A stretch of DNA of 64,000 nt from an uncultured Acidobacteriota bacterium (GTDB taxonomy: Bacteria > Acidobacteriota > Vicinamibacteria > Vicinamibacterales > CAVVIG01), in the NCBI GenBank assembly GCA_963821285.1, contig CAWGDD010000010.1, forward strand, positions 530,715-594,714. Reading direction: 5' to 3'. A program made the translations under genes and the position numbers. Shown here piece after piece: positions 28,249 through 37,725 of this stretch (its first letter is position 1; each line of letters opens with the position of its first letter). The notes beneath the pieces were generated by a model. That model was not told where the DNA came from, made no database searches, and was given only the letters and a program-made list of their open reading frames with translations.

Positions 28249-29232
28249 CTACCGGACGACCGGTTTGCCCTTGGGGTTCGAGAGGTCCTTGAAGACGGCC
28301 TCGACGAAGCCTGCGGTGGTCACGAAGCCGGTGTCCGACCCGTAGTGGAGGTCGTAGTCGAGCGTCGGCCTGGCCGCCTTGACCTGGTCGATGGTCAGGC
28401 CGCGCTTGATCATGTCCTGGATGCGGTCGCGAACGATCGTCACCATGTCGCGGTACTCGAGGACGTCGGCCTCGTCGCAGATGCGTCCGTGGCCGGGGAT
28501 GACGAAGGTGCCGCCTTCCTGCTCGTGCGCCGGCACCGCGATGTCGAGGATGCGGTTGAGCGCGTTGAGTTCGCCCTGAATGCTGCCGCCGTTTGCCTGA
28601 TCGATGAACGGATACGACGTCGTGACGAACACGTCGCCCGCCACCACGACGTCGGACTTGCGCAGGTGCACGATCGAATCGCCGTCGGTGTGGGCGGCCA
28701 CGTCGTGAAACAGCAAGACGGCTTCGCCGTTGAAGTAGATGTCCTTCTCCTCAGGGAAGTAGGTGTCGGTCGGCCACGACGCGGTGGGCAGCTTGTTGGC
28801 CGGCGCGCTCATCCTGGTCAGCACGTTCTCGTGCGCGAGGATCTCGGCAGGCCCGCCGTTGGTCTTGCTGCCCGCCTTCGCGACGGCTTCGTTGCCGCCC
28901 GTGTGATCGGGGTGGAAATGCGTGTTCAGCACCCACCGGATCGGCTTGTCGGACAGCTTCCTGATCGCGGCGATCACCCGATCCGCGTTTTGCGCCAGCC
29001 CCGTATCGACGACGAGCACGCCATCGTCACCGATCTGCACGGCGATGTTGCCGCCGGCGCCGACCAGCATGTAGACGTTGCCCTGCACGTGGATCGAGCC
29101 CAGCTCAGCGTTGTTCCGGGCGGCCTGGGCGGCCGGCGCTTGGGCCTGGAGGGTGGACAGGGACACGCGCTGGGCGACGCCGACGGCGCCGAGCAGCGCG
29201 CACGCGGCGATCAGTGTGCTCTGAGTAGTCAT
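28249..29232 (-). CDS. periplasmic MBL-fold metallo-hydrolase (triad B)
   Basis: 327 aa with a signal peptide and LNTHFHPDHTGGN. Roughly two-thirds identical by eye to 22731-23762 along the whole length. Confidence 0.8.
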   Translation of the reverse strand: MTTQSTLIAACALLGAVGVAQRVSLSTLQAQAPAAQAARNNAELGSIHVQGNVYMLVGAGGNIAVQIGDDGVLVVDTGLAQNADRVIAAIRKLSDKPIRWVLNTHFHPDHTGGNEAVAKAGSKTNGGPAEILAHENVLTRMSAPANKLPTASWPTDTYFPEEKDIYFNGEAVLLFHDVAAHTDGDSIVHLRKSDVVVAGDVFVTTSYPFIDQANGGSIQGELNALNRILDIAVPAHEQEGGTFVIPGHGRICDEADVLEYRDMVTIVRDRIQDMIKRGLTIDQVKAARPTLDYDLHYGSDTGFVTTAGFVEAVFKDLSNPKGKPVVR

Positions 29233-29235
29233 GAA

Positions 29236-30121
29236 CTATTTCGTCCCTGACGCCGCGGCCGGCTTGGGCGGCTTCGGCAGTGTTTTCAGCTTGGCCATGT
29301 ATTCCGGGTAGGTCGTCTCGACGCCGCCCTTTGCGGCGTCGACGGGCACGCCGTAGCGATAGGCGAAGTCGCCGTCGAACGGGCTGCGGCCCGGGAGGTA
29401 ATGCGGCACGGCGCTGTGCGGACGGTCGACGATTTCGTCCACGTACTCGCACGGCCACAACCAGTTGCCGGCCGTGCGCTCGTTGAGGACGAAGTCCTCG
29501 CTGCGCCACAGCGGCTCGGCAAGGTACACCGGATCGGTCCACTGCACGAGGTGCGACATGATGTTGCCGTGGCGGATGAAGTGCTCGATCATCGTCGACT
29601 TCTCGCTGTTCGGCACGCCGTTGCGCCGCACCCACTCCTGCTTGATGTGAGTGGTGTACACGGTGAGGATGTCGCCGTCCCATTTGCCCGTGGAGAAGCC
29701 CTGCCACGTGTGCGGCGCGTATTCGGGCGGGTGCGGGCGGCCGTCCATCCAGATCGTGCGGCTCTGCTCGTAGGTATTGAGGTACACCTGGAGGGCCACG
29801 AGTTGCTGCGTGCGCGGGTCTTTCTCTTCCCAAATACGGAACTGGATCGGGCCGTGAAGGATGTACGGAGCGTTGTGCACCTTGCACTGGTGCTCGCGCA
29901 GCGTCAGGCGCGACGCGTCCCAGCTGTCGGCCGCGAGCCGGGCGCCGTCGGTCAGCGGCAGCCCGGTGTAGTCGCCCAGTTCGGGTCCGGGAATGCGGTC
30001 CGGCTGATCTTCGTGGTACCGCGGGCTCCATTCCCCGACGAGGCTCACCTGCGCCAGCGCCGGCGCGGAGAGCGCCAGCACGGCGACGCCGGCCAGGATC
30101 CCGCCCTGTCCAGTTGCTCAT
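29236..30121 (-). CDS. secreted S-family paralog 6 (triad B, position S1), frameshift in the signal-peptide region near 30103
   Basis: ATG at 30121 is preceded by GAGGAG (MSNWTG, then after the shift GILAGVAVLALSAPALAQ). The body LVGEWSPRYHEDQPDRIPGPELGDYTGLPL...TWQGFSTGKWDGDILTVYTTHIKQEWVRRNGVPNSEKSTMIEHF parallels 23773-24672. Confidence 0.7.
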
Positions 30122-30146
30122 CGGGCAACTCCTCATCGCGCTGCTC

Positions 30147-30625
30147 CTATCCGCCAAACCCAATCCACCGGCCGCCCCACGCGACCGCGAACCACAGGCC
30201 CACCGACACGAGGGCCGACCGACTTGCTCGTGGCCGGCAGAGACGTGGGCGGCGTCGGCCAGCGAGACTCTCCTGCGCACCGTGAACGTGAACAGCATCG
30301 CCAGCAGGAGGGCGATCATCTTGATCCAGAACGCGGGGCTCACGTAGCACTTCGTCGCCTCGGACGTGTACAGCGACACGCCGGACACGAGCATCACGAT
30401 CAGGCTGCCGACGAGCCACGGGTGCGCGTCCTTCGCCAGCTGCTTCACCGGCGTCTCGCGCAGGCCAAGCCCCAGCATCCGCATGTCCACGATGAGCACG
30501 GCGCCGCCAATCACCGCGAGCGCCGCGAGGTGGAAGTACTCGATGATCGGGAACGCGTACTGCGAGTTGCGGATGGCGACGCCGAGCGCCGTCGCCTCCG
30601 ACCATTTCGCAAACTCCCACAACAT
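30147..30625 (-). CDS. small 4-TM membrane protein, H...DLRxLG family (Y2), frameshift near 30230
   Basis: MLWEFAKWSEATALGVAIRNSQYAFPIIEYFHLAALAVIGGAVLIVDMRMLGLG... The C-terminus ALVSVGLWFAVAWGGRWIGFGG is recovered in the frame of ORF 30147..30620. Confidence 0.6.
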
Positions 30626-30655
30626 GTGCTGGAATCCCCGGCGTCCCGGCCTCCC

Positions 30656-31210
30656 CTACTGGGGAGCCTCGGGCGCCTCGCAGCCCGCGAGGGTGCTGAT
30701 GATGTGCGACTGCTCCGGCTTGTCGCAGTCGAACCAGTTGTAGGCGATCATGCGCCCGCAGAAGATGATCGTCATCCAGAGCACGAGCGACGCGTAGCCG
30801 GCGAAGCGCGCCGAGCGCGGCGGCACCGGGTCACGGTCCCAGGGCTGGATGCCGCGGGGATGAAACACCCACGCGTTGATGCCGGCCAGCACGAGCAGCA
30901 CCAGCTTCACGCGGAAGAAGATGTTCTGGTACGAGCGAATCGGGATCGCGTAGAACAGCAGGATGCCGCTGACGACCATGACCACGAACCCGAACGTCGT
31001 CCAGGGCAGGATGCGCCTGGCGATTTGCGAAACGGGAACGTTCGTGAACGACAGACCGGTCAGGCGCAGGTCGAGCACCACGGCCAGGCCGACGAACAGG
31101 CACAGCGCCCAGACGTGAATCGATTCGACGATGGGATAGCCGTAGAGCGATTCGTGGAGGGCGACGCTCCAGGGCGTGTCCGCCATCCATTTGAAGAAGC
31201 CGAGCAACAT
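30656..31210 (-). CDS. small 4-TM membrane protein, H...DLRxLG family (Y1)
   Basis: 184 aa. YGYPIVESIHVWALCLFVGLAVVLDLRLTGLS...CGRMIAYNWF. First gene of the co-oriented array. Confidence 0.7.
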   Translation of the reverse strand: MLLGFFKWMADTPWSVALHESLYGYPIVESIHVWALCLFVGLAVVLDLRLTGLSFTNVPVSQIARRILPWTTFGFVVMVVSGILLFYAIPIRSYQNIFFRVKLVLLVLAGINAWVFHPRGIQPWDRDPVPPRSARFAGYASLVLWMTIIFCGRMIAYNWFDCDKPEQSHIISTLAGCEAPEAPQ

Positions 31211-31367
31211 GTTCCTGTCCCGTTCCCGGGAAGACCTCCGTTGAGGTTCATACGATCAAACCCGACAAAACGTTTACCGGGCAAAAGGCGCCCAAGATAC
31301 TGGCACAAGGGCGGTTGCGACGCAAAAAACGCGCAAATTCCGGTCGGGCGCGGATAATGGGACAACC

Positions 31368-31988
31368 ATGAGGCGCCGCGTCATCCCGCTCATCGCCCTT
31401 GTCCTTCTGATGCCGCCGGCCATCGTGTGGGGCATCGGGCTGTGGGTCGCGCGGACCGAGGGGTTCAGCGCGCGCGAGGAGCCGCGGACTCTCGAGCGCA
31501 TGATGGCGCGCACAGCGCGGCGCTGGGCCGTGCCGGCCGCCGCGCGCCGCGCGGCCAACCCGATCGTCTTCTCACCGGACGTGTGGATGGAGGGTCGCGC
31601 GCACTTCGCCGACCACTGCGCGTCGTGCCACGCTAACGACGGCAGCGGCGATACCGAGCTCGGCCGCAACATGTTTCCGCGGGCGCCCGACATGCGGCTG
31701 CCGGACACGCAGAATCTGACCGACGGGGAAATCTACTGGGTCATCGCAAACGGCATCCGCCTGACGGGCATGCCGGCCTGGGGGCCTGGTGGGCCCGACG
31801 ATGCGGATACCTGGAAGCTGGTGCATTTCATCAGGCGGCTGAAGGACCTGACCGCCGCCGACCTCAAGACGATGAAGGCGCTGAACCCGAAGTCGCCCGA
31901 GGAGTACGAAGAAGAACGCGAGGACGAGCGATTCCTGACCGGCGAAACGCCCGCGATACCGTCGCCAGAGGCGCACCACCACGATTAG
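31368..31988 (+). CDS. membrane-anchored monoheme c-type cytochrome
   Basis: 206 aa with an N-terminal TM helix and heme motif CASCH, plus GMPAWG. Divergent from the array at 31210. Confidence 0.8.
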   Translation: MRRRVIPLIALVLLMPPAIVWGIGLWVARTEGFSAREEPRTLERMMARTARRWAVPAAARRAANPIVFSPDVWMEGRAHFADHCASCHANDGSGDTELGRNMFPRAPDMRLPDTQNLTDGEIYWVIANGIRLTGMPAWGPGGPDDADTWKLVHFIRRLKDLTAADLKTMKALNPKSPEEYEEEREDERFLTGETPAIPSPEAHHHD

Positions 31989-32001
31989 AATAGGAGCACC
32001 T

Positions 32002-32319
32002 ATGAAACACCTCATTCGCGCAGCCGCCGCACTGGTTCTGACCCTGGCCCTGGGCGTCCCTGCGTTCGCGCACGGAACCAACGCCCACGTCCGTGGCGTC
32101 GTGACGCAGGTGACGGCGAAGTCCGTCACCGTGCAACTGGCCGACAACACCACCAAGACGCTGACCCTCAGCGCCAAGACCACCTTCGAACGCGCGGGCA
32201 AGCCCGCCGCGATGACCGACCTGAAGGTGGGCGACCGCGTTGTCATCGACGTGCCGAAGAATTCCAGCGAGGCGCTCGAAGTGCAGATCGGCACGGCGCC
32301 CAAGGCCGCGACAAAGTAG
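32002..32319 (+). CDS. small secreted beta-rich protein (DUF5666-like, tentative)
   Basis: 105 aa. Signal peptide ends ...GVPAFA, followed by HGTNAHVRG. VTQVTAKSVTVQLADNTTKTLTL...VGDRVVIDV. Confidence 0.5.
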   Translation: MKHLIRAAAALVLTLALGVPAFAHGTNAHVRGVVTQVTAKSVTVQLADNTTKTLTLSAKTTFERAGKPAAMTDLKVGDRVVIDVPKNSSEALEVQIGTAPKAATK

Positions 32320-32334
32320 CGCGGCCCGGTCCAA

Positions 32335-32358
32335 GTAGGACGGCCCTTGAGGGCCGCC
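32335..32358 (+). repeat. REP element (variant stem)
   Basis: The sequence is GTAGGACGGCCCTTGAGGGCCGCC. A partial head GTAGCGCGGCCCGG at 32316-32329 contains the stop codon of the preceding gene. Confidence 0.6.
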
Positions 32359-32382
32359 GCAATTCATAAGGAGATGCTGACC

Positions 32383-32709
32383 ATGACCCGCAGTCGACTC
32401 CGTGTGACTCTCGGCGCGCTGGTCTGCGCGCTCGTGTTCTCCACGTCCGCCAGCGCCCAAACGGCCAAGGGCGAGCACGCCTTCAAGGGTGTCGTGCAGA
32501 AGATCGACGAAAAGGCCAAGTCGCTGACCGTGGACGGCGAAAACGTGCCCGGCTGGATGATGGCGATGACGATGTCCTACACGGCCGACAAGGAAGAGGT
32601 CTTCAAGACGGTGAAGGCCGGCGATCAGATCACGGCGACGGTGAAGGACGGCGACTTCAAGACGTTGTACAACGTCAAGGTCGTGCCGAAGGAGGCGCCG
32701 AAGAAGTAG
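32383..32709 (+). CDS. CusF-like periplasmic copper-binding protein
   Basis: Start at the third Met (AAGGAG 9-10 nt upstream). Signal peptide. GVVQKIDEKAKSLTVDGENVPGWMMAMTMSY...GDQITATV is the CusF-type OB fold with a Met-rich site. Confidence 0.65.
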   Translation: MTRSRLRVTLGALVCALVFSTSASAQTAKGEHAFKGVVQKIDEKAKSLTVDGENVPGWMMAMTMSYTADKEEVFKTVKAGDQITATVKDGDFKTLYNVKVVPKEAPKK

Positions 32710-33181
32710 GCGGCGTGACGCCGTTCATTCGGGCATAGACGACCATCTGCCCGTAGTGGTCGTAGCTGTGGAACGCGATGCCTGCGGCCACGGCCGCCCG
32801 CGGCTGCGATCCGAAATAGGTGCGGAGCGGGTCCAGCTGGTTCTTCTCGTTCAGTGACGCCATGGCCTTCCTGGCGTACGCGATCGAGCCCTTCAGATAC
32901 TCCACAACCTGCGCCTTGCCAAGGACAGTGTCCGGCCCGTTATCGTTGGTGCCGGGACCGTAAGGCGACCTCTCTTCGAGCACGATCGCGGCGGTCATGT
33001 ACATCATGGTCGCCGCGTGCCTGACCTGCTCCCCGAACGTCCGCACGCCCTCGAACGCCCCGGCCTCCGGGCGGAAGTCGTACTTGTCGGCCGGCATCGC
33101 CTCAGCGAGGTTCACGAGGTCGTGTTCGACGAGATCCAGCTGCTTCTGGTACATGTCCGTCACCGGATCCACGCGCGGCAT
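32675..33181 (-). CDS. DinB-family protein
   Basis: 168 aa. DLVEHDLVNLAEAMP...RTFGEQVRHAA...AFHSYDHYGQMVVYARMNG is the DinB four-helix His pattern. The 3' end overlaps the CusF-like gene by about 35 nt. Confidence 0.75.
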   Translation of the reverse strand: MPRVDPVTDMYQKQLDLVEHDLVNLAEAMPADKYDFRPEAGAFEGVRTFGEQVRHAATMMYMTAAIVLEERSPYGPGTNDNGPDTVLGKAQVVEYLKGSIAYARKAMASLNEKNQLDPLRTYFGSQPRAAVAAGIAFHSYDHYGQMVVYARMNGVTPPTSSAPPSARP

Positions 33182-33192
33182 CGTGAATCAGT

Positions 33193-33215
33193 GTAGTGCA
33201 GGCCTTCAGGCCTGC
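33193..33215 (+). repeat. REP element, consensus copy
   Basis: GTAGTGCAGGCCTTCAGGCCTGC, located between the DinB start and the DUF4198 stop. Confidence 0.8.
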
Positions 33216-33224
33216 CGTTGCGCT

Positions 33225-34040
33225 CTAGCGTGCGGTGTGGAACGCGAGGGTGACCCAGAAGCTCTCCCACTCCGGGCCCGGGGGGAATGCCTTGGGCAAC
33301 CGCTCCATGTGAACGGTCTTCACGAGCCACGCGCCGGCGCGATCGATGGGGAACGTCGCCCTGCCCTGAGCGTCGGTCTGACGCGGGATCTCGCCGCCGT
33401 CGACCGCCGCGCTGACGGCAGCGTTCGGTGCGGGCCGTCCGTTGACCAGCAGTTGAACCGTCAGGGTCTCTCCAGCGCGGACTGACGTCGGGTCGGTGGC
33501 CGGCACCAGCTCCGCCCTGACGCCGACCGGTCTCGTCAGGTGCGCCGCGCTTCCCTCTCCGTTGCGGATCGCCAGCTTGGCGTACCGGGAATATCGTTCC
33601 TTGGCCGGCCGGTCGAGCTCACCGGCAGCTTTCCGCTCGGCGAGCGCATCGGTCAGCCCTTCTTCTTTCAGGTAGTCGTTGAACTCGTCCGCCTTCATCT
33701 CGATCGTGCGTGGCGTCACCCGCATGACGGCGAGGAACGCGCCTGTCGCCGGTAGGTTGACATCGGCCACCATCGCCAGCTCGCGCCGCTCGAACATCTT
33801 GGACACGGGAATCGCGGCGGACGGCCCGATGATCCGCCAGTCGTCGAACCAGTTCGCCGGCGTCTTGAAATCGAGACGGGTTGGGAAGTGTTCGCCGACG
33901 CCCGCGCTGATGCCGAACGGCGTCCCCGCATCCGGGGTCCAGTTCGATGCGGCAAGCCAGAAATCGTGTGCCGAGAGGTGCGCGGTCGCCAGCGCAAGGG
34001 CGACCGCCGTGGCCACGCCGAAAGGAATTCTGATGCGCAT
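33225..34040 (-). CDS. DUF4198-domain periplasmic protein (Ni/Co-uptake-associated family)
   Basis: 271 aa. Signal peptide ends ...AHLSA, followed by HDFWLAASNW, the typical DUF4198 N-terminus. Confidence 0.75.
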   Translation of the reverse strand: MRIRIPFGVATAVALALATAHLSAHDFWLAASNWTPDAGTPFGISAGVGEHFPTRLDFKTPANWFDDWRIIGPSAAIPVSKMFERRELAMVADVNLPATGAFLAVMRVTPRTIEMKADEFNDYLKEEGLTDALAERKAAGELDRPAKERYSRYAKLAIRNGEGSAAHLTRPVGVRAELVPATDPTSVRAGETLTVQLLVNGRPAPNAAVSAAVDGGEIPRQTDAQGRATFPIDRAGAWLVKTVHMERLPKAFPPGPEWESFWVTLAFHTAR

Positions 34041-34054
34041 GGAATCCGCCTGCT

Positions 34055-34708
34055 CTACTTCTTCTTCGACCTGATCTCGCTCTTCTCGATCCTGGCGCGC
34101 TGCCGCTCGTCCTCTTCGACCGCTTTTCGATCGCCCGGATACCAGTACTCGAGGTGACAGGCTTCGCAGGCCTTGTCGAGGTCTTCGCCGGCCTCGAACA
34201 GCGCCTTGGTGTCTTTCTTGTTCGCGATCTCGAGCACTTCCAGCGCCACGTTACGCAGCGCCTGGATCTTGGCGTCCCAGAGCACCGGATCCGCGTCGAG
34301 CTTGGCTTGGATCTGAGTGGGCGACAGCTCAGGCGGATTGGGGCCGGTGCTGTTGTTGACGTCGCCGGCTGGCGCGAACGGCCGCGGGAGCTTGAGCAGG
34401 TAGATCGCTTCAGCCAGCGTAACGGCGCCGATCTTCACCTTCTCCCAATCCTCGTCGGTCTTCGGAAAAGTTTCGACGATGCCCTTCTTGGTAGCCTCGT
34501 AGGTGACCGCATCGAAGATGTTGTCGGAGATGGGGTCGATGGTGAACCGCATCAGCTCCTTGACCGAGACGACGGCTTTCATCTCGGTCCGCCCGACCGG
34601 GTTCGCCGCCGGCGGGGCCGCGGGCCTGGGCGACGAGCAATTCGCCGTCAACGCCGCAACATACAAGATGCCGGCCACCACGATGAGACGTTTACCACCG
34701 CTCAACAT
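34055..34708 (-). CDS. lipoprotein, class-II (cytochrome c-prime-like) c-type cytochrome
   Basis: Lipobox LTANC. A single C-terminal heme motif (ACEACHLEYWYPGD) in a helical protein. Paralog of 53420-54016. Confidence 0.6.
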   Translation of the reverse strand: MLSGGKRLIVVAGILYVAALTANCSSPRPAAPPAANPVGRTEMKAVVSVKELMRFTIDPISDNIFDAVTYEATKKGIVETFPKTDEDWEKVKIGAVTLAEAIYLLKLPRPFAPAGDVNNSTGPNPPELSPTQIQAKLDADPVLWDAKIQALRNVALEVLEIANKKDTKALFEAGEDLDKACEACHLEYWYPGDRKAVEEDERQRARIEKSEIRSKKK

Positions 34709-34802
34709 GTCGGTACCTTACACCACGGCCGAAGCTCCGCACAGGGTTCCCCATGTCCCGATATTTCAGGCCCACGGCGCATGTTGCCCTCACTCTATCG
34801 CA

Positions 34803-37151
34803 TCAGAAGCCGACCGCCAGCGTCACCCGCAGCGTCCGGGGAACAGCCGGGTGCGTATGGATGTCCTCGACGCCGGCGAGGGGCTCGCCCGGCAGGCGGG
34901 ACGCGAAGTAATAGTCGATGTCGCTCACTTTGGCGTTCGCAAGGTTGAAGACCTCGAGGTTCACGCGCAGCTGCTTGGCCATCTGATAGCCGCCTTCGAG
35001 GTTCAACAGCGTGGTGGCCGCCGAGCGGATCGAGTTGTCTGCGGTGAGAGGACGCGGTCCGAAATAGCGGAGCCGCAGGCTGGCGAACGAACGGTGGAAG
35101 TTGTCGATGCTGGCGCCTCCTGAAACGACCAGGTCCACGGCCTCCGGAACGTAGGGACCGCCTGCGTTGAATTCCGAGTAGCGTGCCTGCGACTTGGAGA
35201 GATCGCCGTCGAAGATCAACCACGGCTTCGGGCTGTAGTAGTTGGCGAACTCGACACCCCACCGCTTGCTCGAGGGTCCCGGCTCCGTTCCGCCGATGTC
35301 GGCGTTGTAGAGCAGTTCCGACCCGAGGCGAAGCATCCAGAGGGACACCGTGCTCTGGAGATGACGCACCCTGACGGTCCGGACGCCGATTTCTGCGCCC
35401 GTCGCTCGCACCAGCGGCGCCACGGGCGCAGCCGGTTCGCCATTCGAGTCGTACGCGAGCGTCGTTCCCCGCGCGTCGTTGCTGTGATACCCCAACCCGG
35501 CATTCAGGTAGACCTCGGTGCCATCCCAGGGTCCGAACGTCGCCATGCCCTTCGGACTGAACAGGCCGGCGTTGGATGTGCCGCTGTTGCGGCCGTCGAG
35601 CTTGTCCGTGATGCCGGCGTGAGACCCGTCCCAGCGGATGCCGGCCGTCGTGCGGAGCCACGACGACCACGCGACCTGATTCTCCGCGTACAGGCCCGCG
35701 TTCGTGACGTTGGCGTCATCGTCGGTCTTCGTGAAAAGCGGAGCGCCTTTCTCCGTGTGAATCAGGGAGTTGCTGATGTTGTCGTTGCGAATCTGTACCC
35801 CGTAGGTGTTCTGGACGCTGCGGCCGCCCCAGCGGACGAGGCGCTTCTGGAACGCCTTGACGCCCGAGACGAATCGGTGTTCGACCTGATCGTTCTGATC
35901 GCCGTGCTCCGGATCGTCGAGGTAGAACGTGAAGTTGTTGCGCAGCAGCAGGTCGTAGCTGATGCCGTACGCCTGAATCTTGCTCAGCGTCGAGCTGCTG
36001 CTGTGCTGCCATTCGCCAACGGCGCTGACGCGGTACGTGTGGCCCAGGTCGGTCGGATCGATCGTGCCGAACCGGTCGACGATTCCCGCATCGACCGCAC
36101 GCTCCGGCACGGCCTGGGTCGCGTTCCACTTGCCGTGATACGCCATGCCCGTCAACGAGAACCCGTTCACGTTGTCGCCGCGGCTGTAACGCACGACGCC
36201 GTTCAGCTTTGTGTAGTCGTCCGGACTGAGCCACGGGCCGGCGTTGGTCGACGTCTCGAACGCCATCAGCAGGTGCCCGTCCTTGCCCACCTTTGGCGAC
36301 GCCGCAAACAGGCCCCGTGCGAATCCGTAGCCGCCCGCTTCCGCGTGGACGACGGGCCTGTCCAGCTGCGTCGCGTAGTTGATATTCGACGAGCCGGCCG
36401 TGGCAAAGTCGCCCTGGTCGGCGAAGTACGGCCCCTTCGAGTACTGCACGCCGGCGACCAGTTCCGGGATCAGGAAGTTCAAGTCCGAGTAGCCCTGGCT
36501 GTGCACATGCGTGACCATGTTCACCGGCGCGCCAGCCACCCACATCGCGAAGTCCGTGCCGTGATCGAGGTTGAAACCGCGGAGGTAGTACTGATTGGCT
36601 TTGCCCTCGCCGCTGTGCTGCGTGATGATGACCCCCGGCACGGTCTCGAGCACTTCCCCCTGGCGCATGAACGGCCTGACGTCGAGCTGCCTCGCGGTGA
36701 TGGCACCCTGGCTGGCCGACTGCGCGATGCCCACGAGATCCTCGGCTGGATTCTCGACATCGGCAAGATTGACGAACGTCCGCTTGCCGATCACCACCAC
36801 GTCGGCGTTCATCGACAAGTGCATCATCTCGTTGTTGGTGACGACTGCCCCGGCCGTGATCGCGACATTGCGATGCGTCACGGTCGCGAAGTTGAGCATC
36901 GTGTAGTTGAGCTGGTACGTGCCCGGCGCGATGTCGCTGAAGGAGTAGTCGCCGCGGCCGTCGGTCACCGTCACCAGGGGGGCGGCGCCGTTCGCGGCGC
37001 GGAGTTCCACGGTCACGCCAGGAAGCACTCCGTCCGTTTCATCGGTGACGCGGCCCTGAATCCTGGCAACGGCCTGACCCTGGGCGGCTGCCGCAATACC
37101 GGAAACCGCAAGGCCGAGCCAAACCGCCACCGCAACGACCAGAGGACGCAT
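34803..37151 (-). CDS. TonB-dependent receptor with N-terminal carboxypeptidase-regulatory-like domain
   Basis: Start at the internal Met (MRPLVVAVAVWLGLAVSGIAAAAQGQ). GRVTDETDGVLPGVTVEL is the CarboxypepD_reg part. A plug/barrel follows, ending in a terminal aromatic residue (LAVGF). Intact over about 2.3 kb. Confidence 0.8.
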   Translation of the reverse strand: MRPLVVAVAVWLGLAVSGIAAAAQGQAVARIQGRVTDETDGVLPGVTVELRAANGAAPLVTVTDGRGDYSFSDIAPGTYQLNYTMLNFATVTHRNVAITAGAVVTNNEMMHLSMNADVVVIGKRTFVNLADVENPAEDLVGIAQSASQGAITARQLDVRPFMRQGEVLETVPGVIITQHSGEGKANQYYLRGFNLDHGTDFAMWVAGAPVNMVTHVHSQGYSDLNFLIPELVAGVQYSKGPYFADQGDFATAGSSNINYATQLDRPVVHAEAGGYGFARGLFAASPKVGKDGHLLMAFETSTNAGPWLSPDDYTKLNGVVRYSRGDNVNGFSLTGMAYHGKWNATQAVPERAVDAGIVDRFGTIDPTDLGHTYRVSAVGEWQHSSSSTLSKIQAYGISYDLLLRNNFTFYLDDPEHGDQNDQVEHRFVSGVKAFQKRLVRWGGRSVQNTYGVQIRNDNISNSLIHTEKGAPLFTKTDDDANVTNAGLYAENQVAWSSWLRTTAGIRWDGSHAGITDKLDGRNSGTSNAGLFSPKGMATFGPWDGTEVYLNAGLGYHSNDARGTTLAYDSNGEPAAPVAPLVRATGAEIGVRTVRVRHLQSTVSLWMLRLGSELLYNADIGGTEPGPSSKRWGVEFANYYSPKPWLIFDGDLSKSQARYSEFNAGGPYVPEAVDLVVSGGASIDNFHRSFASLRLRYFGPRPLTADNSIRSAATTLLNLEGGYQMAKQLRVNLEVFNLANAKVSDIDYYFASRLPGEPLAGVEDIHTHPAVPRTLRVTLAVGF

Positions 37152-37310
37152 TTGCCTGAATGCTGCGACTGCAGAACCCGGGCCATCGTCTCCGGGGCGC
37201 GAGCACACCCAAAGCCCAGAAGACGCGGGCCTGGCGTTGGAGTGAGCCAGGGGATTCTCGCAGCCGGCGGGAAAATTCCGCGTGGGCATGGAAGGCGAGG
37301 CGCGGCTGGC

Positions 37311-37724
37311 CTACTGAACGGCCCCGGAGAAGCTGACCTGCCCGCGCCCCTGGGGGCCGTCCCACTCGACCGCGATGCGCCAGCGGCCGGCCATCGAGAA
37401 CTCGCCGGTCGCCGCGTAGCGCCCGGGGACGTCCGTTCGCTGAACGTCGATCGTGCTGAACATCGGCATCCCCGGCATCGGCATGCTCGCGCTCGCCTTC
37501 ACCGCGCCAACGTCCACGAGCGCGCCGGATTCGGAGCGGAACTCAAGGACGAACGCGTCTTTGCCGTGGCGGAGGGCGTCGTGATCGGCCAGCAGCACGA
37601 CTTGCAGGGCACCGGCCCTGACACTCTCGAGCTGAGTCAGCGGCGCGCCGGTACCGCGACCACACCCGATCGCGCTCATCGCCAGTGCCACCGCAAGCGC
37701 CGCACTCCAACGCGTGGTCTTCAC
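37311..37724 (-). CDS. FixH/YtkA-like lipoprotein with Met-rich patch
   Basis: Lipobox AIGC. SASMPMPGMPMF and GRYAATGEFSMAGRWRIAVEW are typical of the FixH family. Confidence 0.55.
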   Translation of the reverse strand: MKTTRWSAALAVALAMSAIGCGRGTGAPLTQLESVRAGALQVVLLADHDALRHGKDAFVLEFRSESGALVDVGAVKASASMPMPGMPMFSTIDVQRTDVPGRYAATGEFSMAGRWRIAVEWDGPQGRGQVSFSGAVQ

Positions 37725-37725
37725 A

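Noticed and set aside
37152-37310. Possible cobalamin riboswitch in the 159-nt leader of the TonB-dependent receptor. GAGAATCC and GCCAGG strings are present, and DUF4198 lies downstream.
   Set aside because: There is no GCCACTG core and no recognisable B12 box (AGCCAGGAGACCTGCC-like) in the right order. The resemblance is limited to short GC-rich strings. A covariance-model scan (Rfam RF00174) would settle it.
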